64,000 bases of DNA. Origin: Balanoglossus misakiensis (taxonomy: Eukaryota; Animalia; Hemichordata). Below, piece by piece: positions 40,801 to 52,800 of the stretch. The DNA lies in NCBI GenBank assembly GCA_040954595.2, contig CM082578.2:1408831-1472830 (forward strand). Direction: 5' to 3'. The position numbers and the translations under genes are program-made. The notes beneath the pieces are model-generated. The model saw nothing but the letters and a program-made list of their open reading frames with translations. It was not told where the DNA came from and searched no databases. The stretch's first letter is position 1, and each line of letters begins with the position of its first letter.

Positions 40801-43800
40801 GCATGCATTAAAGTTGTTCTTTGAGTCAACCTGTTGTGTACTTCACTGATGGACCCGGCACCACAGACAACATATTTATATTTTGTTTCAGATGGAAACG
40901 TGTGTGTGAAAGAGATTCACTTGCCAGCCGCTACTTGTCAGACAGTGACTCTGAAAGTGATGACGCTCATTTACCAACATTTACAGAAATTTGCAGGAAA
41001 CATAAATTAAATGGGGGGATTGAATCACTTGCGTCAGAATATACCCAGGATCTATGTAATTTAATTGAGGAAAGCACCAGGGGTCAAGCAACCAATCAAG
41101 GGTGGGTTAATCAGAGGGTTGGGACAATTACCGCCAGTTTAGCTTATAAAATTGTTCATGTTAAAAATCAATCATCCAATCATTCAATTCTTAAATCCAT
41201 TCTTAATTGTAATCACTTCTCAGGAAATTTTCACACTGAATATGGCATAGAAAAAGAAAATGTTGCTAGAAGTTTATATTTTATAGAAAATGAAAAAACG
41301 CATAAAAATTTTAAAATATGGGAAACAGGGTTATTTGTTGACCCAGGTCAACCACATTTTGGGGCAAGCCCAGATGGCATGGTTGAATGTCAGTGTCATG
41401 GGAGGGGGGTAATAGAAATTAAATGCCCAAGCACTGGTGCCGAGTGTGATTTACAAGAATACGTGAAACTGAAAAATAATGTCAGCATGGACCAAAACAA
41501 AAATATTCATCTCGAATCTGGTCCATGGCTGACCCAAATTCAAATGCAGATGGCAATAGCCAGGGTGGAATACTGTGATTTTGTTTTGTATTTAGGAAAG
41601 CATCCGTATGTTCATGTAGAGAGAATATACCATGATAAAGAATTCTGGGATTTGTTAAGCACCAGATTGACAGATATATTCCTTTCTTGGGTGTTTCCAA
41701 ACATTTAAAGAGAAATTTGTTGCCACTGTAAATTTTTGAGTGTTGTGTTTTGAATCCGGTAATAAATAACAGTTTTACCCCACATGAATTATAACATTCA
41801 TTTCTCTGAGTGGTTTCTGCGGAAAAAAACAGCAATACAATCTTTTCCATGAGAAAATTTATTTTAGGGGACAATTATGCTGTAAATAAAAAAAAAGAAA
41901 AAGCGCAAAACAATAATTTTCTTGATATATTATATTTATTTGCATTTCTGTCATTTTGTTGCACCAGAATTGCGAATGTTAATTCTTCACAAGTGGTTCA
42001 TAAAGATTGCACAGTGCTGCTGCAACTATCAACATCTGATTGGTAACAGGTTTTAAAGACAATGGTATGATTTGAGATAAAAGGGAAAATTTTTTTATTC
42101 TTTCAATGGCTCTCTCAACATGGATTCTCAATCTGGCAATATCACGAGTTTTCACAATTTCTTTCAAACTAAGATGTTTACCCTTTCCCCATGAACATTT
42201 GCGTGTGAACGGTGGAATTGCAAGATCTGCATGCCTTTTCAAACATAAATCCCTTATCAAAAAACCCCTATCAGCCATGACCAAGTCCCCCCTTTCAAGC
42301 AAATCAATTATACCACATTCCTTAGTAATGTGTCGATCAGATGCATTCCCACCCCACAACTTTGAAACAAAACTGATGAACCCATCTGGTGTTATACCTA
42401 TAAGAGCTTTACATGTATTTCGTGATTTGTAATTAGAGTATGTTATATATTGTGCTTTGGGCATTGATGGTTTTTGTATATAAAATTCTGTGCAAACAAT
42501 GATTACTCTGGTTGTTCTATACTTTGACTTAAAACTACGAGGCAAGTTTTTCGACACACGTCTCCTGGATGGCCATTTCAGAAGAGGAGACATAGCTGAC
42601 GACAATACATTAATCCATGTTATGAACACCTGGGACACTCGAGTGGTTGATGTACCAAACATGTCAGCTAAAATAAACAAAGACAATCCCACCCGTAGCC
42701 TCATGAGTGTCAACATAAACTCCTGAAAAGGACTGAGTTTTCGCTGTCTTCCTCGTTTCCTGGGTATGGTTCCTCCATTGTTCTCTTCCCTGAAAATTGG
42801 CCAGCAATAAATCATTATGTTGGGATAAAAGCAAGTGATGAGTGAAACAAAGTTCATGAAGGTACACCATCCCTATCCTAGCGAAGAGTTTCTGATGGAC
42901 AAATGGTCAGAAAAACATGCATGAATAGAGCCCAGCAAGTTATCCATCATCTTAAAGGGCTGCAAACAATTTACATATGCCAATATATGGTTAGAGGAGT
43001 GTCTAAATAATAGATAAACTTTTCGCAAAGTCACCTAGGGAAAATATGTCATTGGCTAGATACATGCACAATGATATGGTCAAACACTATCTCTTTCTGA
43101 CACAGAATCAAAGTAACAAATGATTGAGAAATAACAAAAAAAATGGAAATATTACCTGAGACTAGGTTTTCCTTGCCAGTATTTTATATTTGTTGATGAT
43201 GATGCAATATCAAAAACATCAGTAAGTTGGCTTCTTGATTTTATACCTACAGTATGTAATAAGAAATTATCTAATTATCAGATTTCACAACAAAATAAAA
43301 AATTCACAAGTTCATGGCACACAACTCATTGGCCTCTATCACTATTCCAAGCTTTAGCCCGGTAGCTGCTGTGGTTTTCCAGATTGACCATAGGCCCTTT
43401 AGGCACGGGCCCCTAAAAAACCCTACAAATACAGACAGCAGATATACCACTCTTCACTGTAAAATGAGGAAAACAGTGAAGTCATTGCCAATTCTAAGCT
43501 TTTTTCAATATGTACCATATACATGATTTCCATAGCTTACCTGTGTATTTCATGCAGCTTTTATCACTTTTCAGCAAACAATCCACAGTTAAATCGCGCC
43601 GTAATTTATCTTTATCACTCAAGACATTCTCCAGTTCATTTACCCTTTTTTGTAAAAATATATTGATTTCTTGGGCTTGCTGCAGATGTGACCCTTGAAC
43701 AAAAAATTAAAAATTTGTTAATTTTAAGTTCCATTAGCTGTAACTCTTGTCTATGTTTAAGCAAAATGTACATGTACAACAATTTACTTCCTGAAGAGGA

Positions 43801-46800
43801 TATGATCATTTATTTGTACAACAACAATGATAATAAGGTTGTATAAAATATCCTTTTTTAAAACAGACAAATTTATATAAAAATATTGACAACAAATTAA
43901 AAGAAAATATCAATAATCATCTATAAAAATGAGCTTTGAGTGTTAAAGACAATTAATACTATACTTTACCTGTAATATCTGTTTGGGTAGCAACAGACAC
44001 ACCAGAACTATTTTCATTCAGATCAGTTCTACAGTAGGCATGATCATCACTTGGAGGATTGGTGATATCAAAGACTGCATCTATGGTAAAGTTTGACAAA
44101 ATGATCAGAACCATATATTATCGTTGACATATTCCTTTCACGAAACTACAGTCATTTGGCCAATGTTTAGGTCCAAAAATAACTGAAGGTCACAACAAGA
44201 CCAAGTACATTTCAATTCGAACGAACGAAAGCGATGCTATCATCATTATCATGCGCCGGCATGCATTGAACACATGGCGGCGCAGACGCGCTGATTATCA
44301 CACGCGTCGACGCGCACAAGCGCGCTGTTGATATCACCGTGGTTTTGGCATCCGCGTTTGTGAATGGTGACCAGTTTTCGTTAGGTTACAAGAGACAATA
44401 CATTTTTCTCTTCAAATTATCAGCGTTTTCATATCCTAGCAATATTCATGCCGACAGAAAGAAAGTACGGCAAACGAGAAACTTTTGTCAATGACCAGAT
44501 CGGTGATCGTAAATGTTTTAGGCTGCATTCACAAACACCTCTGGAGGGGGGGGGGGGGGGGGGGGGGGGCGGGAGAATTCAATTTTTTTTACCGTTAATT
44601 TTCAGATGCCCCCCGTGCACAACGCGAATATTTTCAAATCCCCCCCTTCCGAACTGCCAAAATTTTGAAATCCCCCCCCCCCCCCCATTTTCTTTCACAG
44701 AGCAAAACACATCACCTATCTATCTTGTAAAAAAGAAAAACAGCGCTCCCATGAAAAGAAATTGAAACTGATGTTTATCCTAGTGGGTATTAAAACTGAA
44801 CATTGTTTTATTTTTTAAGTATTTGTATGATGTGTTGGGAGACATTGTAAACCGAGAATTGAAGGGGGTGGGTTTGGGAGGGGGTGTCGCCCTCCCACGT
44901 AAGAAAATTTTATAAAATACAGAGCTCAAAGCTGCATTTTAATGAACCCGGCAAAAGCAAATTAACTCAACTACCGGTATGTTAGGGAGGACAAATTTAA
45001 CCGTCGCCGCTCAAAGTTATCATGGGGTGGGGGCAAGTCCCCTGACCCGGGACACTAGATAAACCAGTCAATGATTGAAAGGTGTTGATGAATGGAGGGG
45101 GTGGGTGTGGGGTGTTTCCCCCTCCCACATTAGAAAATTTTGTAAAATAAAGGGCGCGAAACTGCATTTTTGTGGACTCAAAATAAATATTTAGTCGTCA
45201 AAGTTTTCAAGTCCCCCCCTTTCAGTCCCTAAATTATTTCAAATCCCCCCCCTTACATACCCTCAATTTTTTCAAATCCCCCCTCAATTCTCCTGCCGCC
45301 CCCCCCCCCCCCCCCCCCCCCCTCCAGAGGTGTTTGTGAATGCAGCCTTAGTGCGTTGTGATAACGAAAAGTACATGAGACAACCACTGGTATTTTCACA
45401 CGTCATTTGACGGGTGCACACACAGGCGCGTGTATAGATGCTATTTCAGTTTTTTTATGAATAAAATAGCTTAGACGATCCCCGAATTTGCGTCAAACGA
45501 GCGCTCTCGCTATGTTCGGGCCTAGGCCTATACCCCACTGACACATATAGGCCTAGGCCCGAACATAGCGAGAGCGCTCGTTTGACGCAAATTCGGGGGA
45601 TCGTCTAAGCTATTTTATTCATAAAAAAAATGAAATAGCATCTATACACGCGCCTGTGGGTGCACATGGACGTTCAAAGCGGTATACATGTAGTACTTAC
45701 ATTTGGTGGACACAGACGGGTGACACGTTTGGCTTCCGAGGCAGCAGTCAGCAGAAACTCCAGACGTGGGTCGGCAACTGGTCGCAAAATCTACCGTCTG
45801 CTCAGCGGCGGCCTGTACCGTGTGTACCGGTACATCGTAAATCCGTTGGCGTTGCTGCCACAGGTTTCGTGGACGTAATGATTCTGATGAATTCCGTTGC
45901 CCCCAGTCATTATATGCAAATTTATGTGGGACGATGTTGTGCTTCCAGTCACCCGTTGACGGAACATTATGTTCATCGAAATGGCGTGAACATAACCTTG
46001 AAAACTTGTTGGGAATCCAAGATGGTTCCCGGTGGCACGCTGATATCCACTTTCGGCGAATATTTTTCTGGTAAATTCGATGCGGAAATGCGTGGAAAGT
46101 CACTCCTGACATCAACGGGTACTTATCTAAATTACGCAACTTCCGTGTATGGGATTTGCAACCCGTAACTGCGCATTGAAACTCGGGCATTATCCTAGCA
46201 ACCGCAGGTCACTTTGTAAACAATACAGTCGGAAAGTGTCCTACCCTTCAACAAGCGGTAGGACAAACATTTCGCACACTGCGCAAGCGCACTAGATCAA
46301 CTCTCGCGAGAGTTAGTTATTCGGGAATCAGGAATTCTACCGCTGGCTGCGCTGTCGCAGTGACCTCAAGCCAGGTCAAATTTGAGCTAAAAGACAAGTT
46401 CCGTCGACATACTCATGAATATTTCATGGTTTCTTCGCGTATAAACTCGGGAATATTATGCCCCTGAAGCCTGGGCTGGCTTTGATGCACGTTATCGAGT
46501 ATTAATCAGTCAAAGACCCACGGTAGCAAAGTAGGTAATTGTCTTTTTTTCACGCGGATCCTTTGGTCATATATTCTGCATGCCTGCAGCCCCACATTCG
46601 CTGATATTGCCATCTTTCTCGATAGTTATTATAATATTTAGCTAGAGACGGCCTTGTATACTCTGAATTTTAGACTAGGAATGACTCAGCTGGCATATCG
46701 TACCACTTTTTCTGTGACATTGCCGACCGGCCCGGCGCAACTACCGAGAAAGGGTACGGGTGTGCTCGTGGGAATTGTCAACTACACGTTCATCGTTCGA

Positions 46801-49800
46801 CTGCTCAACACAGATCATTGATAACACAATGTCACATTTCGAACTAATTTTGGAATTCTGGATAAATTTTCCAAATATCCTGTTAATCTGGGATTTTCTT
46901 CCATCACCTTGATGCAACTGTATCAGAATTTGTCTTTTAAGTTTATTCACACCAAAAAAAACAAAAAAAAAACAACAACAGCCATTTCCTGGAAATTGTC
47001 ATGTTTTCTCTAAAAAAATTAAGCTGAACTTTTTTATTGAAAGGAAACGTTCAGCAGATTTTTTTCTCCCCAAAATTCAGGTGAATTTTTCACAGATTCT
47101 TTTTTCCCAGAAATTCTGCCGAAATCTACACTAATCACACACTTATTGGAAAGGTGTAACACAAATTATAGACTTTACAAACAAAAATCTAATGTTATAC
47201 ATTTATGAACCTCTTATTCACCAATATTAAATGTTTTCAAAGAGGAAAGGTATTATTCTCGGACTGGAATTTCGAAATTAGTTTGGAACATGTTTGATGT
47301 GTTATAAATTGGTTTATTTTCAGATTTTATGGTGGGCACTTGACAGTAATTGAGGGTTATTCTGAAAATCTTTATGCTGGAGCAGAGATTGTAAACCAGA
47401 TTGAAGAGACTTCCAATGAAACAGCGAACCATGGTTGGATTGGTGAGTGTGTCTTTTAACAGTGTTTCTCAGTGTTCCCAAATAATTTGTGGGTGTATCA
47501 AGTGTAAAAAATAACTGGTTTAGGAATTTGACAGTTTACAAGTGAGCACTGCATAGTAACACTTGAATGATAATTGTCTCAAGATGGTAATTGAAAAGCC
47601 TATTTTTTACATCTCAATAACCTCACAAAATCTTGCTATTAAGTGACTCTGTATGCAGTTTTTCATCCAGACGGAGGGATGGGGGAATTCGCCCACTGTC
47701 AGCATGTTGGCACCCCCTAGAAATTTGTCAAGGGGGAAATGGTGCCCGTTACAGACTCAGCGATGTCACTCATTCCCCTCCTTGCAAGAGTGCAACTATT
47801 CTTGCAAAGGGGGACATATCCCCCCATCCTGGATGAAACACTGCTGCATGCATCTTCTTTCTTTATTTCCATTTTATAGGATTTAGTGGACCCAATCCAG
47901 ATGGCAGTGTGGAATATGATTATTCGGATGGCAGGAAAGGTAGTGTCTTTGATGGTCGATGGGCAGACACAGAACCTGATGCCTCCACTGGGCAATGTGT
48001 GAGGTTAAACCTCTTTGAAAATAATTACCCATGGTATCATGCAAGATGTGATGATGTCAGTCCGTCAATGTGTGAAGTAGCAGCTTGTGCTGAGGGTAAG
48101 TCTGATTCAAATCAACTAGAATCTGCCCTTACTCGCATCAGGTCTTTACTTTTCTCACACTGCTGTGGTCACTTCCCTACACTAAGAGAGAGAGAGAGAG
48201 AGCAAAAGGGAGGGAGAGGGTGGGAGGGGAGAGTGAGAGGGGAGGGGGATCGAGGGGAGTGGGAGATCGAGGGGAGGGGGAGATCGAGGGGAGGGTGGGA
48301 GAAAGGGAGGGAGGGGAGAGGGGAGGGAGGGGGGGTAAGAGAAAGGGAGAGGGAGGGAGGGGAGAGAGAGGGGAGGGAGGATCGAGGGGAGAGGGAGGGA
48401 GAGGGGGAGGGAGAGAGCTAGAGAGGGAGGGGGGGGAGGGAGAGGGGGTGGGAGGGAGAGAGTGAGAGAGTCCTCTAAGCCATACAAGATATACATGTGA
48501 TAGGATATTAAACTTTAAACATCTAGACTTGGAAGAGCTCACCCCTAAAAGTTAAACAAAGGGGATCAGATGATATCATGTCTCCTGCGGTGCAGAATGG
48601 TGTTATATTTGAAATTGGAAACGGAGGAGAGTTACTTCATTCTGGCCAGTAATTTTGTCGCTAGATAATTCCACTCATTAATTGAATTGTTATCTTTAAA
48701 TTATACTTTTAGACTATTTATGTGAAACAGGTTTTCATGCTTTTTTGTTAAAGCAGTTTTACTTTTGGCAGAGATACAATATTGATCCTGTGATATTGTT
48801 CATAAACTTAAAAGCTTATGGGTTTGATACAAAAACTTTCATGTCCTTTCCTACATACAGAAAATTAATAAGATATATCAGTATTATGACAAAAGTTAAA
48901 AAAATATCCATCAATGTAAATGTTATCTTTATTTTTTAAATAATTTTTGTTCAGGTGACTTTCGATGCTCCAATGGTAATTGTATAAATCCTGACTGGGT
49001 TTGTGATGGTACAGTGGACTGTGGTGATGGTGATTTCTCTGATGAGATTGGATGTGCAGGTATGTTTTTGGCAAGTGGTCTGAAACGATCATATTCTCTA
49101 CGCTCACCTCAACATCATTGCAAAGTGGGCCCAGGTGATGAGACCAAGTTTCCTAAATGTGTGGTATAGTGTAGTTTTGGCTTGAAGTCATTATACAAAA
49201 GAATCTTGTAAATATGCGTGACAACTCTTATGTGCCAACCTCAAACTACTAGACCGTAATTTATTTGTATGATCATCTCCTTTGCAACTACAGACTACTT
49301 TTGAACTGTCAGCAGAAATTCTGATCCTCAAAGAATTTCGTACTGTAAAACAGGAAATTTTCGCGAGCTATAAATATTTCGCGAACTATGCGAGAGCCAA
49401 AAAACACGAAAATAAACAAGTTGTGTAAAAATGTTTTTCAAAGATAACAATGCAGTGAAAAATGAGAATTTGAAAATTAATCATCGCATAAAAGTTGTCA
49501 CTTTTGATATCACGAAAAATTTCCTGTTTTACAGTATTTCATAATTATAAATCAGAAACAAAACTGGGTCAAGTATTTTAAGAATCTGGCATCTTTCACA
49601 CTGATAGTTTGAGCTTAGAGAATAATAATATGCTGTTCTTGGAAATTTTTGAGTGTTGTGTTTTGAATCCGGTAATAAATAACAGTTTTACCCCACATGA
49701 ATTATAACATTCATTTCTCTGAGTGGTTTCTGCGGAAAAAACAGCAATACAATCTTTTCCATGAGAAAATTTATTTTAGGGGACAATTATGCTGTAAATA

Positions 49801-52800
49801 AAAAAAAAGAAAAAGCGCAAAACAATAATTTTCTTGATATATTATATTTATTTGCATTTCTGTCATTTTGTTGCACCAGAATTGCGAATGTTAATTCTTC
49901 ACAAGTGGTTCATAAAGATTGCACAGTGCTGCTGCAACTATCAACATCTGATTGGTAACAGGTTTTAAAGACAATGGTATGATTTGAGATAAAAGGGAAA
50001 ATTTTTTTATTCTTTCAATGGCTCTCTCAACATGGATTCTCAATCTGGCAATATCACGAGTTTTCACAATTTCTTTCAAACTAAGATGTTTACCCTTTCC
50101 CCATGAACATTTGCGTGTGAACGGTGGAATTGCAAGATCTGCATGCCTTTTCAAACATAAATCCCTTATCAAAAAACCCCTATCAGCCATGACCAAGTCC
50201 CCCCTTTCAAGCAAATCAATTATACCACATTCCTTAGTAATGTGTCGATCAGATGCATTCCCACCCCACAACTTTGAAACAAAACTGATGAACCCATCTG
50301 GTGTTATACCTATAAGAGCTTTACATGTATTTCGTGATTTGTAATTAGAGTATGTTATATATTGTGCTTTGGGCATTGATGGTTTTTGTATATAAAATTC
50401 TGTGCAAACAATGATTCGAACGAACGAAAGCGATGCTATCATCATTATCATGCGCCGGCATGCATTGAACACATGGCGGCGCAGACGCGCTGATTATCAC
50501 ACGCGTCGACGCGCACAAGCGCGCTGTTGATATCACCGTGGTTTTGGCATCCGCGTTTGTGAATGGTGACCAGTTTTCGTTAGGTTACAAGAGACAATAC
50601 ATTTTTCTCTTCAAATTATCAGCGTTTTCATATCCTAGCAATATTCATGCCGACAGAAAGAAAGTACGGCAAACGAGAAACTTTTGTCAATGACCAGATC
50701 GGTGATCGTAAATGTTTTAGGCTGCATTCACAAACACCTCTGGAGGGGGGGGGGGGGGGGGGGGGGGCGGGAGAATTCAATTTTTTTTACCGTTAATTTT
50801 CAGATGCCCCCCGTGCACAACGCGAATATTTTCAAATCCCCCCCTTCCGAACTGCCAAAATTTTGAAATCCCCCCCCCCCCCATTTTCTTTCACAGAGCA
50901 AAACACATCACCTATCTATCTTGTAAAAAAGAAAAACAGCGCTCCCATGAAAAGAAATTGAAACTGATGTTTATCCTAGTGGGTATTAAAACTGAACATT
51001 GTTTTATTTTTTAAGTATTTGTATGATGTGTTGGGAGACATTGTAAACCGAGAATTGAAGGGGGTGGGTTTGGGAGGGGGTGTCGCCCTCCCACGTAAGA
51101 AAATTTTATAAAATACAGAGCTCAAAGCTGCATTTTAATGAACCCGGCAAAAGCAAATTAACTCAACTACCGGTATGTTAGGGAGGACAAATTTAACCGT
51201 CGCCGCTCAAAGTTATCATGGGGTGGGGGCAAGTCCCCTGACCCGGGACACTAGATAAACCAGTCAATGATTGAAAGGTGTTGATGAATGGAGGGGGTGG
51301 GTGTGGGAGGGGGTGTTTTCCCCCTCCCACATTAGAAAATTTTGTAAAATAAAGGGCGCGAAACTGCATTTTTGTGGACTCAAAATAAATATTTAGTCGT
51401 CAAAGTTTTCAAGTCCCCCCCTTTCAGTCCCTAAATTATTTCAAATCCCCCCCCTTACATACCCTCAATTTTTTCAAATCCCCCCTCAATTCTCCTGCCC
51501 CCCCCCCCCTCCAGAGGTGTTTGTGAATGCAGCCTTAGTGCGTTGTGATAACGAAAAGTACATGAGACAACCACTGGTATTTTCACACGTCATTTGACGG
51601 GTGCACACACAGGCGCGTGTATAGATGCTATTTCAGTTTTTTTATGAATAAAATAGCTTAGACGATCCCCGAATTTGCGTCAAACGAGCGCTCTCGCTAT
51701 GTTCGGGCCTAGGCCTATACCCCACTGACACATATAGGCCTAGGCCCGAACATAGCGAGAGCGCTCGTTTGACGCAAATTCGGGGGATCGTCTAAGCTAT
51801 TTTATTCATAAAAAAAATGAAATAGCATCTATACACGCGCCTGTGGGTGCACATGGACGTTCAAAGCGGTATACATGTAGTACTTACATTTGGTGGACAC
51901 AGACGGGTGACACGTTTGGCTTCCGAGGCAGCAGTCAGCAGAAACTCCAGACGTGGGTCGGCAACTGGTCGCAAAATCTACCGTCTGCTCAGCGGCGGCC
52001 TGTACCGTGTGTACCGGTACATCGTAAATCCGTTGGCGTTGCTGCCACAGGTTTCGTGGACGTAATGATTCTGATGAATTCCGTTGCCCCCAGTCATTAT
52101 ATGCAAATTTATGTGGGACGATGTTGTGCTTCCAGTCACCCGTTGACGGAACATTATGTTCATCGAAATGGCGTGAACATAACCTTGAAAACTTGTTGGG
52201 AATCCAAGATGGTTCCCGGTGGCACGCTGATATCCACTTTCGGCGAATATTTTTCTGGTAAATTCGATGCGGAAATGCGTGGAAAGTCACTCCTGACATC
52301 AACGGGTACTTATCTAAATTACGCAACTTCCGTGTATGGGATTTGCAACCCGTAACTGCGCATTGAAACTCGGGCATTATCCTAGCAACCGCAGGTCACT
52401 TTGTAAACAATACAGTCGGAAAGTGTCCTACCCTTCAACAAGCGGTAGGACAAACATTTCGCACACTGCGCAAGCGCACTAGATCAACTCTCGCGAGAGT
52501 TAGTTATTCGGGAATCAGGAATTCTACCGCTGGCTGCGCTGTCGCAGTGACCTCAAGCCAGGTCAAATTTGAGCTAAAAGACAAGTTCCGTCGACATACT
52601 CATGAATATTTCATGGTTTCTTCGCGTATAAACTCGGGAATATTATGCCCCTGAAGCCTGGGCTGGCTTTGATGCACGTTATCGAGTATTAATCAGTCAA
52701 AGACCCACGGTAGCAAAGTAGGTAATTGTCTTTTTTTCACGCGGATCCTTTGGTCATATATTCTGCATGCCTGCAGCCCCACATTCGCTGATATTGCCAT

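Larger units (their letters stand above)
34573..46336. mobile_element. ISL2EU-type (Harbinger-related) DNA transposon, about 11.8 kb
   Basis: TIR AATTCCTGATTCCCGAATA / TATTCGGGAATCAGGAATT; the TSD can be read as AT or AATT. It encloses convergent YqaJ nuclease and THAP-DDE_Tnp_4 genes, the ISL2EU gene set. Confidence 0.85.

Noticed and set aside
40821-41708. Phage or bacterial contamination (YqaJ recombinase)
   Set aside because: The gene has spliceosomal introns and lies between transposon TIRs.
48096-48542. Gly/Glu/Arg-rich and Pro/Ser/Leu-rich ORFs (also 54283-54728)
   Set aside because: Translation of the polypurine tract; the real exon ends at the GTAAG donor at 48096.
49891-50472. A separate second transposase gene
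   Set aside because: Truncated duplicate of 41979-42504 fused to intron sequence at the deletion junction.
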